A stretch of 64,000 nucleotides of DNA from Octopus sinensis (lineage: Eukaryota), in NCBI RefSeq assembly GCF_006345805.1, contig NC_043001.1, positions 46,872,001 to 46,936,000 on the forward strand, given 5' to 3'. Shown here piece after piece: positions 49,601 to 62,026 of this stretch. Within the stretch, counting starts at the first letter, position 1, and every line of letters starts with the position of its first letter. Below the pieces are notes generated by a model that searched no databases, was not told the DNA's origin, and worked only from the letters and a program-made list of their open reading frames with translations. The translations under genes were made by a program, and so were the position numbers.

Positions 49601-52600
49601 TAATAATAATAATAATCATAACAATGATGACGATGATGATGATAATGATGATGATGATTTCTTTTATTGGCCACAAGGGCCCAAGTCAATATACAACACA
49701 AAAAAGGTGGGTTTACCTTGATTAAAGCAAGACACTATAATATTAAAGGATAATAATAATAAACTTTTCTCCTATAGGTGCAAGGATAAAAAGCAAAGTC
49801 AATTTCAGCAGAATTTGAACTCAGAACATAAGGATGGGTGAAATACCTATTTCTTTACTACCCACAAGGGGCTAAACACAGAGGAACAAACAAGGACAGA
49901 CAAATGGATTAAGCCGATTATATCGACCCCAGTGCATAACTGGTACTTATTTAATCGACCCCGAAAGGATGAAAGGCAAAGTCGACCTCGGTGGAATTTG
50001 AACTCAGAACGTAGCGGCAGACAAAATACCGCTAAGCATTTCGCCCGGCGTGCTAGCGATTCTGCCAGCTCACCATCTTGCAGCAGCAGCAGCAATAATA
50101 ATAATAATAATAATAAAAATAATAATGTTCCTCTTAAGATTAAAACTTATTAACTCAAAACTACCAAGCCAATGTGATGAAAAATGGAGTAGTTCCAAAG
50201 TGCTGATTATGCAAAGATGAGATTGAAACAGTGGATCACCTAGTCTCTGGATGCAAAGTTTTAGCACCGGTAGAGTATAAATAAAGAGACAACCATGTTG
50301 GCCAGTATCTACACTGGTTAATATGTTATCATTACAAAATCAAAACTGTTGACAAATAGTATAAACACCAGCCTGAGGCTATAACTGAGAGAGAAAATGT
50401 AACAACTCTTTGGAACTTCCCAGTATATACAGATTGAACCATCAAAGCAAATAAACCAGATATTGTTGTGAAAGACCAAAACACTAAAGTCTGGTTATTA
50501 ACTGATGAGTATTCTTGTGATCATGATATCTCAGCAAAAGAATTTGACCAGCTGAGAAAATATAAAGATATGCTCATTGAAATTGTAAAAATGTGATGAT
50601 GATGATGTGGTATCTCAAAGCAGTTACAATACCAGTGATTGTAGGAGCACTTGGAATGATCAAAAAAGGAACTGAAAATTATTTGAAAATGATACCTGGC
50701 TTACCACCCTTGCAAGAAGTGCAAAATATTGTTTTAACTTGAATGTCACACATACTGAGAAGTGTGATGTTTCTGTGCAAATGACAACCTTCTATATAAA
50801 TAATTTATTTTTCTACATAACGTTATTTGATATTGTAAATAAACAATCTGATATGTTTAGTTTAATGGCCTATCAATGTATAAAGTGAGTTTCTCTGCCC
50901 TAAGTGCCTTAGTAAGAAATGGAAGCAAAATTGAAAGCAAAAATGATAATAATAATAATAGTAATAATGATAATAATAATTATTGTTAAACATCCACTTT
51001 TCCATGCTTGCATGAGTCAGAGAGAATTCATTGAGGTTGATTTTCTATGACCAAATGCCCATCCTGTTGACAACCATAACCTGTTCTCAAGTAGGATTAT
51101 ATTTTTCCTTAGTAAGGTGATGAGCTAGCAGAAATGTTAGCACACTGGGCGAAATGCTTAGCAGTATTTCATCTGTCTTTACATTCTGAGTTCAAATTCT
51201 GCCGAGGTCATTGCTTCACTGTTCCAGCAATGTGGTGTTTGGCTGTTGTGTACATGCTTACATGTCTGAGATAGGAAGCTGCATGCTAGGGAACGAGAAC
51301 ACTCTTGTTCATGCAGTGCTGACTGTGGTGTGCTGGTGAAAGGTAGTGTTTCTTTTTGACTGTGTGTGTGTTGTGCTTAAAAATGTGTTTATATTCTTGA
51401 ATGTGATAAAGAGTAGGATTAGATTATTATCCTGCTTCCAGCTACAGTGTTGCTGCTAGGATTTTAAAAATATGGCAGATTTTCCCTCCTTATTTTGCAA
51501 TTTAGTGGGGATTTTTGAAAAACAAGGAGGAATTTGTGGCAGTGTTCAGTGAACAAATTAAACATACTACTAGGTAGTGGCTAAAATGCGAACCAATCAA
51601 GTTATGTATAAATTTTCTTTTTATATGTTTGTTTCCTTTTACACAATATCAAAACAACAACTAAAAATTTTATGAAGCAGCACCCCAACTAATTTTATCT
51701 ATGAGCTGCCACTGCTTTTTAAGTAATTTATGCTACTAAGTACTCAAAAATCTATATATCTCTAGTCACACTAATATTTAGCAGTCACAGTTAGACTATG
51801 TTTTCCTAATGAGGTTTAATAAGACCAAAACATGTCTGTAGTTATCACTGTACAACTAAAGATAAGATTCACTGCTACACAGTATACCATATTTAACAAA
51901 TTTTAATTAATTAAAACAGTTTTTGGCTTATGACATCAAGTATGCTGGTGTTCACTTTACAAATGTATTTTAGATATATTAATTGGTTATAAATATTAAT
52001 AAGGTTTTCATTTCAAAAATCTGTTGTTGCAAATAATAAATCTGCAATGCAGTGTTTTTGATTATCAAATAACTTTTACTATCCATTCACACACACACAG
52101 ATATTTTCTCAATGATCATCTCTCTTTTTCTATTTGTTTGTCTTTATGTCCATTTGTCTGTCAATCAGTCAATCGACATACACACTGAAAGGTTCTGTTA
52201 GCTCAAACAATCTGTCTTTATCCCTATAAGATGTCATTACACTGGTGGAGCTTAATATGAAGGATATTATAGTTTCAGCTAAGATTTGAATTTGAATATT
52301 TTAATGTAGGATATTGTAGCACTGGGCTTGTACTGAGTGGGTTGGTAAAGTAAAGTTAAAGGGCATCTGTAAAATTATTTTGTGGATGATTGACAAACAA
52401 AGTGTTCTAGTGTTAGTAAGGTAGCCTGCACACATTCACTTCAGGACCTGTCAACTTCTAATGAGTACACCTGGCTTAATCATGAATCTTAAGACATATA
52501 TTTGGAAACTCTTGAAAGTGGTAAACACATATGGCTGTGATTGCTGAGAAAACAAACAAAAGAACTGAGGGATCATCTAGAATTTGTCAAACTAAGTGCA

Positions 52601-54179
52601 GAAATTTTCATTCAGTAGTTATATATAGTGAACTTACCGACAAATATCTGTAGAGAAGATATAAATGTTGGAATCTTTGGTTTTGAATGGTGAGAAAAGA
52701 GTACCATCTGTGAATAAAAGAAAAAAAATTATAACAACAATAAAAAAAACACTGAATTCTAAGCAAAGTCCTTCTTTACACAATCACACAACAAATGACA
52801 CCTGATGACAAATGCTGTGTACTTTTAATGGAATTGTCATGGGAGAATACAAAGTTGGTCCCCCAATGATTTTTCTTGGATATTTTTAACAATACACCAT
52901 ATTGTCTGTTAGATACAGGCAAGTTCATTACACTAGCAAAGAAATCTACAGCATAAAGTGTTGAAATATATAACAACTTTTTTACAATTTTTTTTTTTTA
53001 GAGTACAATTTTCATCATCCAACTACCAAGTATGACATCACCCCTTCCTTCCTTATTCATCCTTCCTTTCTCATTCATAAACCCAAGAGTATTACTATAG
53101 TAGATTATCTTGGTAACCATGGGAGCTATGAAAAATACAAAGCCCAGCATCACCACTGGATTATTCTACACATCTGTGTAATTTTTCACACAATTCCACC
53201 CAGCCATTTGACTGTACACAATATATACTGCAAGATATTTTGGCCAACCCTCTAATAATTCTACTTATCCACCATCTGGGACTGATACTTTATTTTACTG
53301 ACACTAGAAAGATGAAAGGATAAGTTGACCTTGGTGGGATTTGAACACAGGACTTAAAGAGCTGGAACAAATACTGCAAAGCATTTATTTTTCTGACACT
53401 CTATCTGTTCTGCCAGTTTGCTGCCTTTCTAAGCTAGACTCAGGACTACAAGTTATAGCTCACAAATGTTGCTAAGAATGTAAAGATGGACGAAATGCCA
53501 CTAAGCAGTGTGCTGACAATTCTGTCATCTCACCGCCTTAATAATAACAATGATGATGATGATGATGATGATGATGAGGAGGAGGAGGATGACGATAATG
53601 ATGGTGGTGATGATTGTAATGATGGTTACTGACCTGATCCATTAATCATATTACAATATGGACTGTTCCAATAAGGAAGAGAACTGAAAACATAAAAAGG
53701 AATTAGTTAAACAATTTCATTGCAGATATATTTTCTTTGTGCACACACACACACACCCGTTTGTGTACAGAAGTTCCAAGAAGTTAATTAAAGTGAACCT
53801 TTAGAATTCACCACTTCGTATAGAAATTTTTTGAACTTTATTAAACTAATTTTTTTTGCCAATTGAAAACAATGTTGGCTACTGTGGACTTGAATTCTTT
53901 CCCTTTATATGTGTGTGCCTGCATGTGAATGTATTGAAAGCACCTTCATTAGTCTCATGAGAAATGGATCTACACCTGATATGTATACATACATACATTA
54001 CATACTTAGTTCAAACTTACAGAAAACAAAAGATAAAGACAGTTGACGGAACAACAAACAGGTGTATTAGTTTAAGGCTCAGGAAGAATGGAAAAGTCTT
54101 TGACATTTTGAGCCTATGCTCTTCAACAGAAAGGATTGAGAATAAAAAAAATATATATATTTATGTATGTATGTATATA

Positions 54180-54223
<44 letters not shown>

Positions 54224-54827
54224 TCACAGCAGATCTCTGGAGATATGCTGTGACTGCAAAGACCCGGGCTGCTTCCTGCACCCGTTCCGCATAGCCCCTG
54301 ACCATTCAAAGTACCTTGGATTCCAGAACATCTCGCTGTGCTTGAGGAGACCTGTTGAGTCAAGTACATGAACATCGAAATAAATATCAATGGAAATAGT
54401 AGTTGTGATACCTGTGCCGGTGGCACATAAAAAGCACCATCCGAACGTGCCGATGCCAGCGCCGCCTTGGCTGGCTTCCGTGCCGGTGGCACGTTAAAAG
54501 CACCAACCAATCATGGATCCTGCCAGCCTCCCCTGGCATCTGTGCAGGTAGCACGTAAAAAGCACCCACTACACTCACGGAGTGGTTGGCATTAGGAAGG
54601 GCATCCAGCTGTAGAAACACTGCTAGATCAGACTGGAACCTGGTGCAGCCCCTGGCTTCCCAGACCCTGGTCAAACCGTCCAACCCATGCTAGCACGGAA
54701 AACGGACGTTAAACAATGATGATGATGATGATGATATAAAGTTAATCAAAACATGAAAGCACAAAAAAACACAACAACACAAGGACGTGGAACAAATATA
54801 GTATTATTGAACGCTCAGGAAAGAAGG

Positions 54828-54875
<48 letters not shown>

Positions 54876-57800
54876 CAGCTAAGCCCGGTTTCACCTGGTT
54901 GGTTTGGATGATGTGGCTGAAAAACCTGCTCTGTGTAAGCATTCAACTTGTTTGTGCACGCTTACATTGAAAAACAATTTTAGAATGACTTTTTCTGTTA
55001 AAAGACTAAAAGTAACTGACCAACAAAAAAAAAACCTACCATAATTCAACCAAATCAAAAAATAAACCCAAATACTAAGCAAACAAAGATGTACCATCCC
55101 ACTTCTATTGAGCGTGCACACGCACACACACCACACAAACGCCCACACACATTCATATACCTGCTTTTACATACACACACATTCACACAGAGTTGAAACA
55201 CAGATTTATTTTTTTTTTTAGAGTACAATTTTCATCATCCAACTACCAAGTATGACATCACCCCTTCCTTCCTTATTCATCCTTCCTTTCTCATTCATAA
55301 ACACAAGAGTATTATTATAGTAGATTATCTTGGTAACCATGGGAGCTATGAAAAAAATACAAAGCCCAGCATCACCACTGGATTATTCTACACATCTGTG
55401 TAATTTTTCACACAATTCCACCCAGCCATTTGACCGTGAATTCCAAGACAAGAAAGAATCGACCATGTCAAACTTGTATGTATATATATATATATATTAT
55501 ATATATATATATATATATTAGAGGAAAAGGACAACAAAAACCAAGGCAGCAGGAGTATCTCAAGTCATTATTTATAATAATCTAATTAGGGTAAGATGAA
55601 TTTGAAGTCTTACAGCTGTTTCTTGGATATCCTAAGTGATAGGCTACCATGCCCTTACACTGGGTATTCTGTCATCAGAGACAAGGTGAGTACATATGAA
55701 CGTTCTAGACAAGGAAATTCACAGTTTATAAGGAATAAAATAGAAGAATAAAGTGTAATAGTAGATGTAAGAATACAGACAGGAGAATAAAGTTCACAGT
55801 TCAAATTTTTCCAGAGAGTATGAAGGTTGGTCCACACTTCCATGAAGGTATAGGCCTTTAGATATAATCCCAGGTAAATCCAGGCAGTATTTTGAATGAT
55901 GCGTTCATGTTGAGGTGGTTAGCTAGTATATGTTCATGCTGAAGTGGTTAGCTAGTATATACTAGTATATACTAGCTAACACCTCAACATGAATGCATCA
56001 TTCAAAATACTGCCTGGATTTACCTGGGATTATATCTAAGGGCCTATACCTTCACGGAAGTACAGACCAACTTCCATATCCTCTGGAAAAAGATGAATTG
56101 TGAACTTTGATCTTCTGTCTGTATTCTTCTATCTACTTTTATTCTTTATTCTTCTATTTTATTCCTTATAAACTGTGAATTGCCCTGTCTAGAACTTTCG
56201 TATATACTCATCTTGTCTCTAATGATGGAAAACCCAGTGTATGGACATGCTAGCCTATCACTTGGGATATCCCAGAAACAGTCGTAAGAGTTCAAATTCA
56301 CCTTACCTTAATTAAATTATTACAAATGACTTGAGATACTTGTCCTGCCTTGTTTTTGTTGTCCTTTTCCTCTTATATATACCTGCTAACATGGAAGCCT
56401 AATATGGATCCCTAGCTCCAGCCTCAGCTGTGAACATGGGACCTAATTGATGACCAATTGTAGCACTTACTCAGTGTACCTATCCGTTTAGATCACCAGT
56501 GAACTAAACCCCCTCATATTCTATACACACACACACACACACATATGTGGCAGGTTTCTTTCAGTTTCCAGCTTCCAAATCCACACACAAGGTTTTGGTT
56601 TGCTCAAGGCTATCATAGAGACACTTGCCGCACAGTGACACAGAACCTGAAACCTTATGGTTGGGAAGCAAGCTTCTCAACAACAAAGTCATGCCTGCAC
56701 GGATTATGTTTAAGTAGAAAACAAATAAAAATAATAGATAAATGTTTAGCTACCTATATATTTAATCTACCTACCATGTATCTCACTCTGGATATGACTT
56801 TAAACTCCAGTAGTGGTATGCTGGTTAGGAAGTTCCAGATTTTTAGGGAGTGTATGACTACTTTTTAGCCATTATTGTTCCCTGATCTCCTCTGGCCTGG
56901 AGTAGGGTAGTAGCCTCTGTTAGGATCCTGGCTAGGGATTAATTAGCATGTTATGGAAGAAACTCCAAGCGCAAAACCTTCACTTTGTTCAAAATTTGGA
57001 TCTTGTGCTTGAAAAATTTCATCTCACCATGCAAAAGTGAGCTGAAAAATAAAAACCCATAAACCTGGGGTCTCATAAAGAGAGGTATTACTGTACTTAA
57101 CAATCTGCCTACCTACTTACCCACCTATCATGTGCATCTATTGCATCTATTATGCCTGAGTGGTAAAGGAGATCACATTACAGTCATGAGGTCACTAGTT
57201 TAATCCTATTCCATGGCATCTTAGGAATGTATATTTTACCTTTGCATAGGATGGCTCTGTGTGTGTGTGTTGTGTGTGCATGCGCATGCACTTGTGCATG
57301 TGTGATGTATAAATACAGTAATACACAAGGACAAATATTAAATCCTGTTCCAGTTTATCCAGGTCATATGATATGATTTTAGAGGGTAAAAACTAGAACA
57401 GCCGAACTAGTTTGACATGCAAAAGCACACACACACACATTCATACACAATTATTAATGCAGGAAATATATACACCAAAGTTCTCTCCCACTCATATACA
57501 AAAGTACAATTTGTGTATCAACTGATACACATTCAAACTAAGAGAGAATGTGTGGTCCGGGAGGTATGACTGTAGTGTTAACAAGTTTCACAGCTTGACT
57601 ATTTGGACATGTGTTTTCTATTATAAGCTCAAGTTGACCAATGATTTAGAAGTGAAATTTTGTGAATGGAAACAATCTAGAAACCTATCATCTGATCATT
57701 TTACATCCCTTTTTCCATGCTTGCATGGGTTAGACAAGGTATATAAGGGATGTTCTGAAAGATTTGAGCCAGATTCTGATTCCTTTCTCAGTGATTCCAA

Positions 57801-60800
57801 AATAAAGCTTCATTGCTGTCACGTCATGAAGTGAGTTGGGTTCAAACCTTTACGAATATCCTTTATGTATGTGTATATGTGAGAGTGTGTGTGTGTGTGC
57901 TTGTGTCAGTTTTATATATATATATATATAATCATCATCATCATTTACTGTTCACCTTCCATACTGGCATGGGTGGGACAGTTTGACAGGAGCCGGCCAG
58001 GCAGAAGCCTGTATCAGACTTCTGTGTCTGTTTTGGCAGAGTTTTTATGGCTGGATGCTTTCCTAACACCAACCACCCAGCAGGGTGGACTCAGTACTTT
58101 TTACATGGCACAAGTACAGGTGAGGTCAATTTTGGCAAGGTTTTTACAGCTGGATGCCCTTCCAAACACCAACCACTTTACAGTGTGGACTGGATGCTTT
58201 TTAAGTGGCACCTGCACTGACAGGATCACCAAGTAACTAGCAAGACAAATATCTTGAGGGGAGGGAGAATTGGAGGTGATCTTGTGTCAGAGGATGAAAG
58301 GTCATAGAGAGACAGAAACAGGTGTCTTGTTGAAGAGGAGGTACAAGGTTACCTGGTGACAGAGAGAGATTAGGAATGATGACAGAAATAGGAATGCTCC
58401 CGTAAGGAATATATATATTGGGTAAACAAGAAAGTTATTTTTTAGTTTTACAGTGTGAAATAAAAGTAATTTTTTTAATACAAAGAATGAACTTCAATCA
58501 ATTATATATTTTCCATTTTGTTGAGTTTATATTCCTGTAACTTGATGGTTCAATCAAAAAGACTAATAAAATAAATACCAAGCATAGACAAAAAAAAGTA
58601 CTGAGATGGATTCATTCAACTAAAATTCTTCAAGGCGATGCCCCCACATGGCCACAGAGTCTAATGACTGAAACATGAAAAAGGTAAAAGATGTTGGTGA
58701 TGATATAGGCCAATAAATTGGTGTGTCAAACAAAAACAGCTTATGATATTTATTCTGCATGAGCTGCACAATCATTCACTCTCTTATCACTCACACTACG
58801 TTTAACATCCATTTTCCATGCTAGCATGGGTTGGACGGTTCCACCGGGGTCTGGGAAGCCAGGAGGCTGCACCAGGCTCCAGTCTGATCTGGCAGTGTTT
58901 CTACAGCTGGATGCCCTTCCTAACACCAACCACTCTGTGAGTGTAGTGGGTACTTTTTATGTGCCACCGACACAGGTGCCAGAGGAGGCTGGCAGGATCT
59001 ACGACTGGTTGGTGCTTTTTACGTGTCACCGGCATGGAAGCCAGTCAACGTGGTGCTGGCATCAGCCATGTTCAGATGGTGCTTTTTACGTGCCACCGGC
59101 ACAGGTATCACAACTACAATTACTATTTGATTTTTATTTTGATGTTGATGTACTCAATAGGTCTCCTCAAGCACAGCAGGTTGCCCCATGATCCAAGGTA
59201 AGCACAGCAGGCTGTTCTGCAATCCAAGGTACTTTGAATGGGCTGGGGCTGCTATGTGAAACTGATATATATATATATATACATACATACATATATCAAT
59301 GTATGTGTCTTTGTGTGTGTATGTGTGTGTGTGTGTGTGTGTGTGTTCCACCACCACCACCACCACTTGACAAATGGTGTTGGTGTGTTTAAGTCTCTGT
59401 AACTTAGCAGTTCTCCAAAAGAGACTGATAGGATAAGTACCAGGCTTTAAAAAAAAATAAGTACTGGGGTTGATTTATTCAACTGAAATTCTTCAAGGCA
59501 GGGCCCCAGCATGGCCAGTCTCATGACTGAAACAAATAAAAGACAATAGATAAAAGAAAGAAATAAAATTGAAAATATGAAAAATGTGTGTAATTCTAAC
59601 CTAACTCCATTCCAGGATTTGATGATTCCAAGATCATTCACATCTTTAGTTCCAGAATGAATTATGTAGTTTCCATCATCAGTGCCGTTTTTCTGTGGAA
59701 CAGATATAACAAAGAAGTTCATAATTATCATTGTGCAATATATCTATTAAAAGCGGGACTGAACCTGAAACCACATGGTTGGGAAGCAAATTTCTCAACC
59801 ACACAGCATACACATACACACACATCATCATCATCACAAGGACACCTTCTCCAATGCCCCACCCCACCTCTCAAACTATCTTTGTCTTGCAAGTTACTTG
59901 GTGACCCTGCCAGTGCTGATGCCATGTAAAAAGCACTCAGTCCATACTGAGAGGTGTTTGGTGTTCGGAAGGACATCCAGCCATAAAAATCATGCAAAAC
60001 TGACAGTAAAGCCTGGTGCAGTCTTCTGCCTAGCCAGCTCCTGTCAAACTATCTAACCAATGCCGGCATGGAAAATGGACAATAAATGATGATGATAATG
60101 ATAAATACATATTTATTATGATCGTTACCTGCGTCTCTTTACTAGCACTTGTGCTGGTGGCACGTGAACAAAACATTCGAGCGAGGTTGTTGCCAGTGCC
60201 ACTGGACTGGCTCCTGTGCAGGTGGCACATAAAAAGCATCATTTGAGCGTGGCTGTTGCCAGTACCACCTAACAGGTCCTCGAGCCGGTGGCATGTAAAA
60301 GCACCCACTACACTCTCGGAGTGGTTGGCATTAGGAAGGGCATCCAGCTGTAGAAACTCTGCCAGATCAGATTGGAGTCTGGTGCAGCCATTTGGTTCGC
60401 CAGACCTCAGTCAAATCGTCCAACCCATGCTAGAAGGGAAAGCGAACGTTAAACGATGATGATGATGATGATGATTATTTACATGTGCACGTGCACACAC
60501 ACACACACACACACACGTTTGTATATATGTATACCAAACCACAAAAGAAACATCATAGACATACTAAATAGAAACCGATTTATTAACAGACAGCCATAGC
60601 ATTGATTGAATGATAAAACGTCACTTCCTGAAACATGTTTCATGTCACATGGAGTCATGTGATGACGGGGTGTTCTGGATCCAAAGCAATGAACTTAATA
60701 TCTTGTGTGACCACCGTTAGCATTGATTATCGCCAGGCATCTTCAGTACACTGAATGCATCAAATGTTTGATAAAGGCCATGAGGATAGCAGCCCACACT

Positions 60801-61987
60801 CTGTTAAAACTTGCAATGAGCTGTGCTGCAGTTGTTGGCCTTGGATGGATGTTATTTAGCTTTCTTTGGATTTCGTACCACAGGTACTCTTTGGGGTTCA
60901 AGTCCGGACTTAGGGCAAACCATGGTAGTGTCTGGATGTTGTGCTGTTGGCTGAAGTCTGTTGTCAACCTGGCAGTATGGGCATGAGTGTTGTCTTGTTG
61001 GAACATGTGATTCCGATGACGGGCAAAGTATGACACAATGTGAGGCCTCAACACTTGGTCAATGTAGTGAGCAGTGGTCATTCCACTGCCCCAACCTTGG
61101 CCAATGTTTTGGAAGACCACTGGTCCAAGTTTCTGGTTGAGTGCAATTCTACCCCATACCATGATGCTCTGTCCTCTATGAGCCTCTCTCTACCACACAG
61201 CCATTGGCATCATGTTCACCACTTCTTCTCCAAACCCTAGCTCTGCCATAGAAATGCAATATTGACTTTTGTCAGAGCTGACATTGCCAGTTCTGACGTT
61301 TTTGAGCCCACTGCAGATGTGCCCGTTGATGACAGTCTGTGAGGATGGAGCCCCCTAGCCGGACATTGACAAGACAGATTGAAAGATCACAGCTGGTAGC
61401 AAAATGTCTCTGCATAAATCGGTCTGTGGTGAGTCCTTATAATCTGCTTAACTGATTCCACTGCCCTCTGGAATCAGTCCTGCAAGTGCTGTCAGTGCAG
61501 GTGGCAATCTTGACGTGCTGTTGTAACCCTCGGTCGGCCACTGAGTGGATGATCATCCATGCTATTTGTGGCATTATATTGTTCCCTCAGCCGCTCAGTT
61601 GTCCAAATACTGTAGTTCAAGTCATTAGCAATGACTCATGGACATTGACCAGCATGGAGATGTCCAGTGGCTTGCTCACTCTGATTTCGTATAAGTTTTG
61701 GCATGTTTGCTGCATTTGGGAAATGAATGAAAGGCTGGTAAATTTGGGTGCTTTTCATACCCAATGAACCAACATTCTGCACATGCATCATGCTTTTCAT
61801 AAAGATGCATTCATGAGCATTACCATGTTCATGAAAAGTATTTTCATAAGAGAGTGGTGTTGTGGGTCAGCGACATCTTTCTAATGTCAAATTACCTACA
61901 AATGTGATAAAATTCAGATAATCTCAATATCGTGTGTCAAACAAATAACCTTTTACAGTGCGACATTTCTTTTGTAGTTGAGTACAA

Positions 61988-62026
<39 letters not shown>

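Larger units (their letters stand above)
55521..56372. repeat. ~850-bp fold-back: two head-to-head Penelope-like terminal repeats
   Basis: gaggaaaaggacaacaaaaac (55521) mirrors gtttttgttgtccttttcctc (56372). The arms align throughout, with a perfect 34-bp palindrome at 55947-55980. Confidence 0.92.

Noticed and set aside
49455-49725. Track ORFs with homopolymer runs here and at other (TA)n, (CA)n and (AAT)n tracts
   Set aside because: They are open only because simple repeats lack stop codons in some frames.
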